From Lingula anatina (Eukaryota; Animalia; Brachiopoda): 64,000 bases of DNA. Positions 25,234 to 40,200 of this stretch are shown here, one piece after another. The notes under the pieces were generated by a model. That model saw nothing but the letters and a program-made list of their open reading frames with translations. It made no database searches and had not been told where the DNA came from. Within the stretch, counting starts at the first letter, position 1; each line of letters begins with the position of its first letter. The stretch is from positions 8,308,001 through 8,372,000 of the forward strand of contig CM120645.1 in NCBI GenBank assembly GCA_051362555.1, written 5' to 3'. The translations under genes were made by a program, and so were the position numbers.

Positions 25234-28200
25234 GAACGTCAGAATATATAATCAGCCCGCCATAATCATGCCTTTACCTATTTCAGGTCATTATGCTTCA
25301 CTGGTACATTGCTCATGGCTTTCGCGAGGCCAGGTAGGTCCTAAAGTAACACGACCGAATTGAGGGTAACGCTCAGTTCTACAGTAAATCTATGCACAAT
25401 ACCGATAACGAATATTGATGAATTGATGTTAAAATGCTTCCAAAACTGTCATTGAATAAATATCGCCAGAAAAATTAATAAAAAAGATACCGTTACTGAA
25501 GACACACAGTGTGTTTTAACAATGAAACACACGTCCTCAAAGGGCCCCCTGATCCGATCACGTTACAGACTCGTCCATGCATGCAAGAATCCGTATTCAG
25601 ATGGACTTATGGACGTTTGACCCAGCATGACCTCGCTGTACGGTCTTGGCTGGTAATACAAAGCCACTTGGAAACTAGTGCACGTCAAATTGACGATGTG
25701 CCGTTGTTATAACAGAAAAACATGCATCGCAAAATTGACAGGGAGTGTTATATATACCAGATGTTGAATCTATAGTCACATGTTCACCAAACGGGTATAA
25801 TAATTGATATCCCCGGTCCACATATAATGGAACGGATAATTTAAGCCCACAAGTATAATTTTCACCACCGTAATCATGGTTTCATATATTTATGTCCACT
25901 AAATTACTTTAAATTGCCCCAGTAAATTGTCACTAAAAGGTATATGTCCCTAAAAAAGTCGATATACATGTAGATACTATGTTATTCCATAATTGGTCTT
26001 GCGAATGACAATTTAAGTCGACAATTCTCAGCTCTTATTTCGATTTTTATTATTTACTCATAGTGCAGAGCTAAATGTATGTAAGAACCCGGGTCTTTCT
26101 AGCATCTCGCGCACTCTTCGTTTCAGGTCTGGAATGGCTACTATTTCCAGGATCCATCGCCCAATACCTAGGTGGCGTTATGTACCTTGCTACAGATATG
26201 CAGATGCCGCAGCTTTTTCCTAAGAGCAAAACGACTCTTGGGATTGTGGTTTCTGGAGCAACAGACATGAGCACGTCGTCTTTTCTTTTTGTTAAGGTAA
26301 ATTAAACAAAACCTTTTTTTACCTGATGTTTTCCAAAAAGACAGGTACATTCTTGACATAGTGGATGTTGGCTTCAAATGCTATCCAATGCCTAACAACG
26401 AACATTCAAGACTGATAACCAGAGGAATTAATACAAGTGATCTCTTTTTTATTTAGACGTAAGCATATTAATTATTTCATTAGATAAACATTTTTCTTCA
26501 TTTAATTTCAAGCTAGCTTATGATGCGGGGATACCATACCAAAGCTCCATGGTGGTATTTGCGTGCATTGGTTTCGTCATTTCTACTATTACTACGATTT
26601 TGCTGCCCCCTAGGGACCACGACACAAACAACAAAGCAGCAGATAATGTATTTACAAAGTGTAGGGCTTTGTCGCTGTACTCGTTCAATTGTTTGACACC
26701 ACTCGAAATAAATTCCAAAAATGCTATAACCGAGCGAGATGATGAAGCTTGTGCGGATGTTTTACATTCAAATGTCAACATTCAAAATAACTTGAATACA
26801 AACGAAAATGAGAAGGAAGGGGGCACACACGCACCGGCAGAAAGCATCTCTCTTTTACCTCCTACGTCTTTTTCCGACGATAAAAGGAACGGTTCCCAAG
26901 CAGCCGGGGAAAAAGAAAACAGGTCTTCAGACACGCACGAAGAAATTAACATCATCGATGCAGAGCTGAAACCGTTATCCCATGACTCAAAAGAAAACTC
27001 GGATGATACTGCCCAGCTTTCCTCAATATTCAAAAGTCCGTTGTTTTGGACAACGGAAATCTGGTTTGTTGGCAATGTTCTGTTGGTAATGATGTATTTT
27101 GGGAGCTTCAACTCGATCATAGATTACCTATCACACGGGGACCAAAGTAAAGGTGAGAGGCAATGTCGTATATCAACGACCACAGGGATCTTGCTTCCAT
27201 TACTCCAAGCTTTAGGGTTTATTCTAAAAAAATCTTCAGCGTGTATCTGCCGTTGCCGTCAAAACGACAGAGACGTGCTTCTGATAGAAGTGAGTTTTAA
27301 ATATTAGTTTGGAAAGATTTACTTGCTAGCGAGCGTTCGCCACACTCCTCTATCGTTGCAGTGTTGTATTGCGGCCATTTGTAACACAATTAACAGACAA
27401 TTGAATGAATGAACTGTCATCACCATTGTAAAATGTGCTTAGCGTGTACAGGTGCTATTCAAGATATACCGGGGTCCGTTTCACAAAAAGTCTGAAACTC
27501 TTGAACTAACCTTAAACTGATAAAATCGGATAGCCTACTTCATATACGCAAAGTCAACTTCGTGGTGTAGGCCTACATGTAGGTCTAAGAGATATGAAAA
27601 ATAATTGCTTTACAATAAATGCAACCGAAATGGGCTACTATCACCACTGCATATAAAAGCTTTAAGGAGAGGTTCTCAAAAGACACCCCCCTCCAAAAAA
27701 ATTGGAGCTAAAAAATTAGAATGTAGGTTTCTTTGTTAAATGCAACAACCTGTAAGTCGGCTTTAGCAATGTCTTAGTAAGCGAGAATTTAAGCTGATTG
27801 ACTTTTGATTTTTTATGAAACGATAATGATCTTGTTCTCTACCTCCTCCATTACTTTTTATGGACATAGTTTATGCGGTTTATATCCGTAATGGAGTCAG
27901 GCGTCCAATGACAATTGGATATAAAGGATACTAAAGGACTTGTTTCCTGAGTAATTAATTTCAGTCCGTCATTATGTTTGAAAGGACTAGCTCTACTTGA
28001 CTCATGACAAACAATATAATATAATATAATATAATATAATATAATATAATATAATATAATATAATATAATACTCCTGTTTGCAATTCAATACAATACATT
28101 TAATCAAAAATCGAATAATATTTTATGTAACAGACAAACAAACAAATTATACTTATTTCCCAGTATTATCTTTAGTTAAATAATTACAGTTTTTCTCGAT

Positions 28201-30662
28201 TCCAGTGAGCCACTACACTAACGTCCTTGGTATCCTCCAACTGACCACTAGCATACCGATGGCCGTAGCTGGGGGATACGTGGTGGACAGACAGAGAAAC
28301 AGAGCTCAGATGGGGACTGAAGGTGGGTGACCAGTAACGTAAATACTGTTTGAAATGCAAGTAATTTTTCATGGATATTTTCCGCAATTTTCCCTTTACC
28401 TTTTACCTACCCAAGTTCGAAGAAAAAATTACGATTTTAACCCCCGTTTTTTTTTTAGGCTTTAATTTCTACTTTATATTGTCATAAGTAAAACATGCAC
28501 CCGGGCCCGGACCAATCTCCGTGACCAGACGGCCTCAAAACTGAAACTATGCACTCAGAAACTGTTAAATGGATCTTGGTTTTTTAATTGTTTCAGATAT
28601 GATATACCTTAATTTCGCGATTAAGAGAAATTGATTTTATTTTCAGGAAGCTTAGACCTTTGTTACACTTGTAGTAAGGTCGAAAGTGTGTTCAGAAAGT
28701 GCTTGACCCAGACTAATTCTTAAAGTGGAAATCAAGAGTGCCTTCGGGCGAATTTTGAACTTTAATCTTGAGCTAATTAACTGTTCGTCTGATCAGGGCC
28801 CATTTAAACTAGCAGTATATACGTAGATCGGTCCAAATCTGCGGGGACTCTCGTTTAATGCAATCAGTTTAACACGCCTATTAACATGCCTCCTCTTGTT
28901 TCAAACGTACTCGTATTGTCACCAGCTTTTCTGTATTTTACTCATTGCGTTTACTCAACGCCAGGAAGAGGCGCCTGCTAAACTGATTGCCTTCAGCGAG
29001 AGTCCTCGTAGTGTTAGATCGATCTTCGTTGGTCGATAATTTCAATGGGAATGGCCCCTGGGATACAAGCAACCCTCACCCCCATGTTCCCAAAACATTT
29101 GATCATGAGCTTATATTTTTAGTGGATACAAGTAAGAAGACTAAGGGTGCTTTCCCAGAGATTTAGATCGATCTAGAGATTAAGATTTAGATCGACCTAA
29201 CTCCCTGGGGGTTCACGCTAAATTGCAGTCAGCGGAGCGGGCACCATAGTTAATTACCCCCTAAAAGCTTTTAGTAGGCGGGACAGACGCTTAAGTCAGC
29301 CAAGCTGACAGTAATCTAGTGAGACTCCCCACAGGGATAGATCGATCTAAAAATCTATGGAAATGGGGTGTAAGAAAACATCTCTTTTGCGAATACAACT
29401 GACAATGACCAAATCATAAACTATTTTACTAGCGTCTTATCTTTAACTTTAATCATATCATTCCAAAAGCTGTATGTTTCCTCCTCATAATAAAATATCC
29501 ATAACTTTCATCTTTATTCTTTCAGCTCAGCCAAAGTTCTTTCTCGTTCCCTTTTTCATCACAAGTTTTACGGGACTAAGTCTTTGGTCTTTATGTGCTG
29601 TACCAGTGTTAGAAGTTCAATACGTGGCAATGCTACTACACAGTCTGCTAAGAACCTTCACATATGGGGTTCATATATCTTTTTTGGCATATGCGTAAGT
29701 ATGGTGTGCCCGTATTATTTCATATCTTTTACATTACGATACACATTTAAGGGCGCATTCCCATAGATTTTAGATTGATCTGTCCCCGTGGGGAGTCTCA
29801 CTGGATAACTGTCAGATAATCCGGCTCAAATGTCCGTCCCGCCTACTACAAGCTGTAAGGGGGTAATTAACTTTCGTGCCCGCTCGGCTGACAGCTATTT
29901 AGCGTGAACCCCCAGGGAATTAGGTCTATCTAGTTGGATCGATCTAATCTCTGGGAATGGGGTCTAAGTGACTAGATGAGAAGGCAGATAACGAGGCAGG
30001 ACAGAAAAAAAGGAAAAAGAGAAGCGGTTATGTAAAAATCACTCCCGCTTGAACAAGCACATGCACAGTATTCATAACGTGCATTTCACTGCGATTGCAA
30101 TCAACGCAGACATCAGGTTGACAGAAGTCCAGAGTTAATTGGTTTTTCATGAAGATGGGTACATTATATGCCAAAATGACAGCAGTTAAAGAGTTTGTAA
30201 AATAAATCTTCAGTCATGAGGGTTGTTTATTACAATGATCATATGTTAATTCATTTACTCTATTCCTCCATATACCCGCGTAAGCTACTCTACTTTTTTC
30301 CTTTTTATATTTTTATTTTACCATCTACGAGCAGAATACAATATTTAACCGTTAACAGTTTTCGTCATCAGTTATTTCCCCCGGCAAGTGTGTACTAAAG
30401 AGAGACAATTTTTAAAGTAGAGGGGCGTGGTTGATGACCTGATTCCAGCTTAAAAACCACCCTAAGGCAATATTACAAACGATATGAGACAAAACCATGC
30501 AAAATTTCCTGTCCCTTCTGCCCTACCTATAATAAAGCAAAGTTGACTGCGAATATTAAGCAGGTTTTTTTTTATACTTGTGCCTGTTCTAAATTCGGAT
30601 AAATTCAATCAAATAATCTTGTGAGTACGTTGTAGGTATGTATTGCGTAGATGCAAATCTCT

Positions 30663-30697
<35 letters not shown>

Positions 30698-31181
30698 AGT
30701 CATTATATATTTACGAAAATGTTACATATAAAAAGCATTGCTTTTTTCCCCTTAGGTTTCCCTTGCAACATTTCGGCAAGATATACTCCATCCAGCTTTC
30801 CATACAAACTGTGTTTGCAAGTCTTCAGTATCCTCTGTTTTACTGGCTCAAGTCGGGGCTCGACAGCAGACCTTTGTTTGTAAGTGCATTTTCGACCAGT
30901 TTTCAGCTAAATTTATTTATTTTTTTTATTTATTTATACGCGCATCATTTATTTGAATGAGTAATTTTTTAATGTTTATTTTGTATTTCAAAATTTAGAA
31001 CTAATTACAAAAAATATTTAAGCCGACCGTCAAGACGTTAAAGTTTATTTGATTATAATTATCGCTTCAGTTTAGCGTGGCTAACGTATGCATCGCGTGT
31101 CTCACGTTCTGTTTACCTGTCTACGTCCTCAAGATGAAGGGAGCGGCGCAGGAAGAGAAAAAGCAGAAGGTTGACACTTGA
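24270..31181 (+). CDS. SLC43-family MFS transporter (SLC43A3/LAT3-like), copy B, complete (577 aa)
   Basis: Exons 24270-24625, 25287-25333, 26127-26296, 26513-27152, 28206-28322, 29526-29694, 30756-30879, 31071-31181 sum to 1734 nt, open, all GT-AG. The N-terminus has the SLC43 signature E..LFS.CVQGWPSLVYIFRDTGFYANLC...C.PQQEMLNLVYTVAS...GHIYDHCG. Confidence 0.9.
28795..29060. mobile_element. Degenerate palindromic MITE related to family A
   Basis: gggcccatt...gggaatggccc ends with complementary arms. Fragments also occur at about 9513-9600 and 19220-19300. Confidence 0.55.
29145..29370 (+). mobile_element. Family A MITE
   Basis: TAA target duplication; near-identical to 8951-9176. Confidence 0.85.
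29751..29964 (-). mobile_element. Family A MITE, second subfamily
   Basis: TAA target duplication; reverse match to 42024-42234. Confidence 0.8.
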
Positions 31182-34100
31182 AAATTTAAATGAAGATCGG
31201 AAACTTCGATTTTCCCTGTAAGTTCGATAAAGACAGTAATATTACACTTATGGTACCAGCTACGAGTTGTGCCGAATATTTTGACCAGACCAAAGCAGCA
31301 AAATTGGGCTCCGACAGAATCTGAAGTTTCTAGTGCAGTGTACATATATGTTAGGCAAAAGCCAAAATTAGTTCAGTGACTCCTTATCTAGTTCTTTGGG
31401 CTCATGCGAACCTATAAAAGACACGACCATATTCTGAAATCATCGATAAGCTAACAGTTGGAGGCGAAAATCTGCAGTGTGACTAACGTATGACAAAAAG
31501 GATTGTGTTAGAGAAGATGAAACATGTTCGGACTGTGAAAAGAACTTCTGCAGCATCTAAAACGGGGGATTGGTTGGAGTAAAAAGACGTTTTGGTGTCC
31601 AGCATCTTTCTGAAGCATCTTTTAGAACAGTCTTCCTCGGCACACTTGCACAGTACTTCACAAGGTGTATTTTGTTTCTATAAAAGTGAATGTTTTGAAT
31701 CTATCAAAGAAATCTTCTCAACATTTTGTTACATTGTCATTATTAGCAGCCTTAATCTTAACCTCAACCACGCTACGTTTTCTCGACTAAAAAGGGTCAA
31801 ATGTGGTGCTTCACAAACAGGGTATGATAGAATTTTGATATTTCGAAAAAAAATTGTTAAAAATGTCATTTTGTGGCCTAAGAAGACTGAAATGTAATTC
31901 CATCCCGATCAAATGCAGATACCAAATGAATTGAGGATGCTGTACACTGAAAGACGAGACTAAATACCGAAAAAAAAAACTGTTATCAGTGTGAACATAA
32001 AATCTTTTTGGATGTAAACAAAGAAGCACGCAAAGGTACGTTTTATTCAGATTTTCAGAATGACCAAAAATATTTTCTTGGCACAGTGCCACTCGTTTCA
32101 TAGCTGAAAGTATCTCATTCTTGGATGACTCTCTCTCTCTCTCTCACGCACACACACGCGTGCGCGCACACACACACACACACACACACGCACACACTTA
32201 CAGTCAGGTTTATCTATATACAGGTTCCTTGCATGTTGTAAGACTGGATGAGGGCTTTATTTTATTTATTTATTTATTTATTTTTTTTTTTGCATCGTCG
32301 ACACCATCATGTGGACTCAGAAAATGGCGGTTACTCAGCTTCGCCACAAGTTTTATTCCTCATGGTACATGTATATATGTCCCAGTATATACTGCATATC
32401 AATTAAAATAATTATTAAAAATAAAAATCCTTGGAAAAAGAGGCCTATTTCTTTTAAGCAAAGGTGCACTGAAATAATTTAAACCACGGCTAGCGTGTAG
32501 AACAAAAGACTCGGCCGTGCTGTATGCGACAAACAAACACATCATGTACGAGTGCGTTCCACGGTCTGTTGCACTACTAGTGTAGTAGCCAATCAGAGGC
32601 CGTGGTTTAAGCCAGATACAACACTCGTCGCCGAGCTGTACGTGAAAATTACTCGTGTATTGTCTCGCCTGCGGCTCGCCAATACACTCGTAATATTTCA
32701 CGTACAGCTCGGCGACTCGTATTGTATCTATCACATAAAAAATTTAAACAGGTGCTGCAATGTAGTAGTCCATTGCACAACAGTTTTCTAAGCACATTTT
32801 CTCAATAGGGTTTCTCTGGCAAGGTACATATAGAGCATCACTACATGGTATAACCTTGACCTATCTGACCTTGACCCAACCTGTGAGATATTTTTAGCAG
32901 CGTCAGATGTCATCTCCCACAGCAGACCTACTTGTTGTTGCATGAAGGACATGTAATAGATACGCACTCGTGTATGCCACATAACCCTCGCTGACTCGGG
33001 ATCTATCTTATTTAGACAACGGGTCGATTAGCGGGTTAGAGCGCATTCATGCGAGACGTGCGGTTATGCGAGTTACACTACGTCTGAGTCTTTTGTACTT
33101 CACTTTCGCCGTGGTCTAAGTGTATATGGCTCCACATGGATACACATTTCAGGCTGAAAAAATAGACTTGAAATATGTCAAACTGAACCCGATTTCCACT
33201 TGAATGAGTCACAGGCAAATTTTATATTTCCATCTTCAGAAAATCTCTATATACCGTCTTAAAAGCTAATTTTGGCTTCCCATTTTGGATTCAAATTTTG
33301 AAGAACTAGTCTCGAGTGACTCATTTGATTCATTTGTGTATTCATGATATGAATTTTAAAGGTTCCCAAATGAATATGATCTTGAAACTAAATCAGCTTC
33401 TATAAATCAAAGGCACTTTACTGGTGCCATGTCGAATTTTTTTATCAGCTGTAGGCTGGCTGATACAAACCTCAATATAAAGCTACTTCTTTTTCCATCA
33501 TTAATTTAACATTTTCATCAAGAACCACAATTTGCTCCAAATGGGGGCTGTATGGATTGGTTGTATGAACTATAGGAAAGAATATGAAGTACCAGTAACA
33601 ACTGATGAAGAATATGTGCAAACTTAAGATAACTAATTTGTTATAAATGGAACTCATTTTGCTTGATTTTTTTTTAAAAATATAGCCCGAGTGTTCTAGA
33701 GATGAACATATTTGGTCTATTTTCTCTAGTCGAAGATGCAGTTTGCATTTTAAAGAGGGTATGCACAAGGTTTAGATAAGAAGTGAACCTTCTTTAAAAG
33801 GTTAATATTGCGAAGTGAAAAAGGTATACAAATGTTCATTTACCTGAGAATGCAACCAATGTTTTAAAATAACAAAAGAAGAAAATCAACTACTCACTGT
33901 ACAACTTGTCCAGACTTTTATCATAACCTTCTTTGTCTTGTGAAATACCAGAGTCATGTAAATATTGCTTTAAATCCACATACAATTGTTCCTCCTTATC
34001 ATTTTTTGTTTCACTTCATCTCCTTGAAATTCACGTTTCGTAATTTCTACTTCTCTGCAGTATTTGCATTCCCTTATTTTGTCTATCATTGCATTTATTT

Positions 34101-36794
34101 TCATCAGCTGGGTGTCCCCAATATCACCATTATCTTTAAACAAGGAGTCACTGCCTCCTCTACAGTCATGGGTTTCTATCTTAAGTGGAAGAAAATCCTG
34201 TGCATCAATAGTAACTGCATCTTTTACTGAAACTCGGTTGTCTGTGCAAATAATATCATTCTGGGATTTTCCTCAGCCAACAATGTTCACAGCATATCTG
34301 GAAAAAACACGAATATCTTTCAAACTTAAAATGGCAAAAAGGGGAAATTCAAAAATTGGTAACCAGTTTATGAAAAGCAATTTCTCAACACTTTTGGAGT
34401 GTGTATGCTTTGGTGATTTAATGGAAACTGTTGACATTTCCCGATTTTTTTAATTTTTTGTATTTATTTTTTTTTCTGTATAATTAAAGTTCTAAATGCA
34501 TACTGTATGCCTTTAAAAGGAAATAAAAAGAATCATGTAGTGGTACCGTAATAAGTCAATCCTTTCAATGGAAAGAAAAATATCAATCTTTCTGATATAC
34601 AATTTTGAAATCACTAAAATACATTTTTGTTAAGCATTTGAGGTGCTTTCACTGTATAGAACGAAAATACAACGTGGCCTGCTTTTTACTACCACTCAAC
34701 AGAAATATTCTTATTTCAAGAATTTGTCAGAAACTTTCCCCCATTGAAAAGATTGAGTTACACTACATTTTGCAAACTTACATATTATTCACAAAAGTTG
34801 TAAGTTTAATGCTATTCAACCTGATTAATAATTCTCAAAAGTTCTTCAAACTTTCGGCATATTCACTAGACCTTAATTGGTAACAGCACTGTCCACTTGG
34901 TTTCAGTTTAGAAACTGTCAGGAAATTTGACATAAAATTCTACAGTTACAAAAGTTACTTTTAAAAATAAATACGAATTTAAGTAGAAGATATATCCATA
35001 GTCCTACCCGACAGCCTCCAGTAAGTGTTTTACATGCTGTGTGAGAACTGCAGAACTCAGCTGTAACAAACTCATCTCTTTGCCTTCACGTTCCACAGCA
35101 GTAGCACCAACATCATGCACGAGAACTTCCCTGCCTTTAAAAGCACCATCTTTTCTACCAAAATGATCTCCAGTGTCCATTACGGACCCGAGAACAGCTT
35201 TAAATGTCTCTGGCCATGGAAAGTCTCATGAGTAGGTTACATTGCAAATATAATATTAATTATCTATCATTCTTACTATACCTCTTACTGATAGTTTATT
35301 TTTAAATATTTATTATCTAAAGATTAGCCTAAAGCGTCAAAATTCTCAAAAGATAAACAACAACAAAAATAACCAGTTTCATATGAATTCCTGACCCCTC
35401 CAACTCTTTGCTTGTGATACTACACACAAAGATTTCGTAGTGTTACCAGACTATTAATTTTTTTCTCGACTAAAAAAGGATCAAATGTGGAGTGCATGTA
35501 CTGTACATATCTATATTTAATATGCAGCTGATGCAAAGACACAACATTAAGATTACCTGGTCTCTATAGAAATCTATGGAGATCATAACAGAACATATGT
35601 ACCGTACATTGCCTCTCTGTATATTATATTATGACCCTCCCCCTCAACCACAAACAAACAAGAAATCACTTCTTTCCTCACTTAATGCGCAGTAAGGCGC
35701 CTAAATCATTAGCACATATATAGTTCTGTTGTATCATATAAGTATGGTAAAATAAATTGCATATGCTTCTGGAAAAGTTCACTGTGCAGCCTAAGACTGT
35801 GTTCCCACAACCTTGTCTATCTCAGCGTAGTTCCCACTAAGGCGCATTCAATGTAATCAAGTTAATTGTCTGGCAATCCCCTTCACAAAGCAACTTGAAC
35901 AACATATCGATCATGGGTCAAAAAGTTTTCTCCACTTTACTGAAGTACCTTAAGTTATGAAGGGGCATTCCAGACATTTAAGCCAGACATTTAACTACTT
36001 AAACTGAATGCAATTTGCGTGAATCCCCGAGGAATAAAGATCGATCCAGCTAATACGACAGGGTTATGCGAACGCTACCTAATTCGAATCTATCCCATAC
36101 AAATTCAATGTAAAAAAACTTGAACATTGAGCTTTCACCCAACGTAAACAATAAAACCATGTATCCATGACAGTTACCCACCATGACTTCCACTCGAGCA
36201 GTATCTCCTTTCTTGAACTCGCAAAACGTGTATGAATGACTCTAATAACTAGACAGTAAATTATTTTACCGATGTAGTCCACAGATATAAATCTCCTACA
36301 GATTTCATAATATATAAGGATTTAAATAGAGTTTTAAATCCTGAAAAGCTACGTAACAATGTGTTGCGTCAAAAGGCAATAAAATTAACGTGTACATAAT
36401 AGCTGATCGAAGTAGACCTACATAACGTACAAGTCAGATAACATATGGATCAAGCTCCCAAGACGGAGGTTCGTTGAGTAGATTGCAAATTGTGGCATTT
36501 TGTCTCCATTACACATAGCACAGTGTAGCCTACAATTAAAATAAATTGAGAACCGAGTAGCTGCCTTTCTTCGTCCCAAATATGCCGACTCTGATTCATA
36601 TCTCGCGAAATATCGCTTGATTTTACGAGTAGACTTTGGGCCAACAGGTGTCACGAAACTGAGGGTCCGTGTGACAGAAAGTCCGCACTCCATATAGTTA
36701 TAATTGTAAAGGTTAGTCTGGCCTAAGTGTGTCAAAATCTAGGGCGAGGCTCACCTGTACAAAATCATGGGAAGCGGACTCTCTGTCGGGGGAC

Positions 36795-36851
<57 letters not shown>

Positions 36852-37268
36852 AACAGTATAAGGCGCTGCATCGTCATCGTTAATTGTCAATGCCGAAGGA
36901 ACCGGCCATTTGACAATTTTGGTCGCACTTAAGGACCGTAGGTTAACTAGTATAATGCACTGTAAGTTCACCAACAACTAGAAGTTTGGTTAACTTTTCA
37001 AAACAAGTAGGAAAAAAACAACAAAATACATATTCTTAAACACTTAAGTTTGTGAATAACTTGCCACCCAGAAAACTGTTTTATTATGACAATATTGAAA
37101 AGTTTCGTTGGTGATCGGTGTTATGTATATAATCAAAGCTACAGGCTGAAACAATGCAGGTTATTTCTACTTCCGATAAACGGTGAAAGAACCCCCCCCC
37201 CCCAAAAAAAAAAATTGTTAAATACCACCTTCCATATCTTGCCCTGTATTATCAATAATGGCCAGTAC

Positions 37269-40200
37269 CTAAATCGCCTTCGTTTCACATATAAAATTAC
37301 AGATCTTGGAACATTGACTATCATCCCAATAATCTCTGTCTCTGAGGTACTTCGCACAGTCTTCATTGCCGCCCTTATTGTCTGGCGCGCCTACCACAGA
37401 AAGAAGAACCAAAATTACGTCATTGTGGGCGAAAAGCGTCTTAGACGAGTAAAACGTTTTATTTGTCCTATATAACATTCAACGCACGAATGTGTCCGAT
37501 TGGTAGGGCCTTGTGTGGTTAGAGGGTCGTCATTATTTATTATTTTAGACTTTTTTAGACAAAATCTACGTTTGCACTAACAATTAGGGGAATAGTTTGA
37601 AACGATGTCGAGGGACACATATAGAATGCACGGATTTCTAACTAGGAAGCCAAAGCCAAAGCGCACATTCGTGAGTTGATAGTCAAATTTTTGGCATTTC
37701 GTGCGAGACATTAACCAATCCCTTCATAATCTCTGTATTTTTAAGAGTTCCTCAATTTGATTGCAGTGAAAGCATGTAGGACGGTCTCACAAAATACTGA
37801 AGACAAAAAATGAAAACTAAAACATAATTACACATAATGAAATGGAGAAAAAAATAGGTGTTCTGTGTACCTGGATACCAAGCAGTGAACGGTGCTGGGA
37901 TGTCCCCCCATCCGGACAATACCCAGGTACCTTCAGAGGCTTCATCTGTGGCTGATGTCCACCAGCAACGGTCGGATCGAGCTGAAGTCCAGTGAAACAC
38001 ACGTCACGGAACAATAGTGCCGATTTATTGGAGACAATATGTGTATGTATATTGCAAGATGGCTACATGAAGGCCCCAAGTCAAAAAGAAATGAGAGACT
38101 AACTTTTTTGAAAATAATACATGTGATGTGCGAGACTTATCTTACCTATATTAGCAGCAAGGTACTGTGTAATAAATCGGTGCTCCTTCTCGTCGTTCAC
38201 GGCGACTAGTCTCGCTCCAATTGACTCACAGCTCACCTTGCCCTTATTGAAGGAGCCGTCCAATGTCGTGTTGAAACTATAGCAACTTGTCCCGAACATT
38301 ACTTCAAACTGCGGTGGACACGTCACTTATGATATGCAAAATTAATACAAAGACTATCAACTAATGAGCAATAACTATGTTTTTGTTCATGATAAACTTA
38401 ACAGGATAATGACTCTTCGTTTTGACCAAAAATAATTTTCCTGGAGTAAACAACAATTTCCCCATACTTACCAATGGTTAATGAATCAATTTTTACATTC
38501 AAAGTCAGTCCCTGGTATAGCCATCAATGGAGGTCACGTGGTCTAAAGACAAGCTCAGATATCAGAATAATTTTTGTGGTACAACAGAGTATATTATATT
38601 TCTATGAGTTGTTCACAATGTTTTATTGTGAAATATAGATCTCATACAAAGAGTTATTATCCCTTTAAGCATACGTTGTATTAGATATCATATCTATTTT
38701 ATTGGAACACGTAAGAGCCAACTGGGTTTTCACGTCGCACTACCTTTGTGTTCTGTATATGAAAGGCATGGCGTTTAAGAATTAAAATTCTTGACATGAA
38801 ATTAACCCCATGGCACTTTATGAATGAATTAAAACACCACTGTTGCCTTTTTCCAAGACGAGTCAAAGAAAATATATTTAAAAAAAAAAGTTGGTTGTGG
38901 GTGTATATTTGCCAACTTGGTGTAATAGAATATTAGTTCGTACATCCAGAATTATCCCACCAAAAAACATTATTATTTCAAAAGACTTCCTGCATTGTAA
39001 ATAACTGAGAGAAAGCTGTGGATAATTGCCCTCTACCAGGAGATTGATTTCCTTTAATAAGACATTCAGATATTTTTCTGCCACCTTGGAGGCGGATAAA
39101 TATTTCTCTGGCTAATTCTCTGCATATTTATATTTGCACTGCTCAGCAAGAATTTGATTGCACGGAATTGACGTCATTGGTCAAATGGCACGGAGGCAGT
39201 AGATAATAAGGCTAATGAATGTGTGTAAGAGAGGAAGTAGCAGTAAAGCGAAATATGCCAAAATTAATCTAGCAGAATAATTCCAAATATTGATCACAGC
39301 GTTGAAATACCAACGTAACCTTTTTTCTTTGTTCCTTTTTTCTTTTCAGCAAACACAGTGACGATGAAAGGGGGGTTTGGGTTAATTTAGGAAAAGCTAG
39401 CTGAAATATTAGATTTTTAAATTAAAGACAGTAAAAGTCATTCCTTGTTTAGGGCTACTTTCAATAGGATTAACGAGTTTCTAAACATAACTTACGGTTC
39501 CGTTCGCAGTGTAACCCGCCGTATGGGTAGGGACAGGTACATGTTCTCTGTGAACTCAAGTCATTTGATTGAACACAAATGCCGCCATTCTTACATCCGC
39601 ATTCCTGAAATATGACATTAAGGTCCTTCCTGTATCAACTGCACACACATTCAGAGTGTTTGGATCTTACTGACATCCAAAAGACAAACGGAACGTGTAT
39701 TTACATTTTGAAGTCTGATTTCAGTTGGAGCCCCGTTTGATCTGGAACCAGGGAGTTGGCTCCATAACTTTCCTACAAATTGGTTCCAAACTGAGTCTGC
39801 TAAATAATGAGGCGTTGTCTGACCTAAGTCCATTATACCCTGTTATATACACAATGTACCACAGGGATCAGCTAACTTTAAAATATGGAGATTTCATGAA
39901 GTTTGCCATGCTTGTAATTGTATTTTGGTTTTTACAAATTCACAAAAAAAAAGCTCACCTTCTTCTCAGTCCATTTAATAAGTCGTTGAAAGTCACTTCC
40001 AAGGATGTGGTTCTTCTTTGCCTAAATTGGAGAAGAAACGAAACAGTCGGGTAGCCAGGGGGTATAATGGGCATTCTCGGATTTTTTGTTCGCATCCTAA
40101 AAACCCCAAAACTACAATTTTAGAAATCCAAGGGATCGGAGAGATAAAGTGTCCGTTATAGCTTTATAGTTACAGCTATATATTGTTTTGTGACAATAAT

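Noticed and set aside
25103-25363. ORFs with YI, F or YYIIL runs (also 27851, 36729, 52849, 57437)
   Set aside because: Translations of microsatellites and homopolymers.
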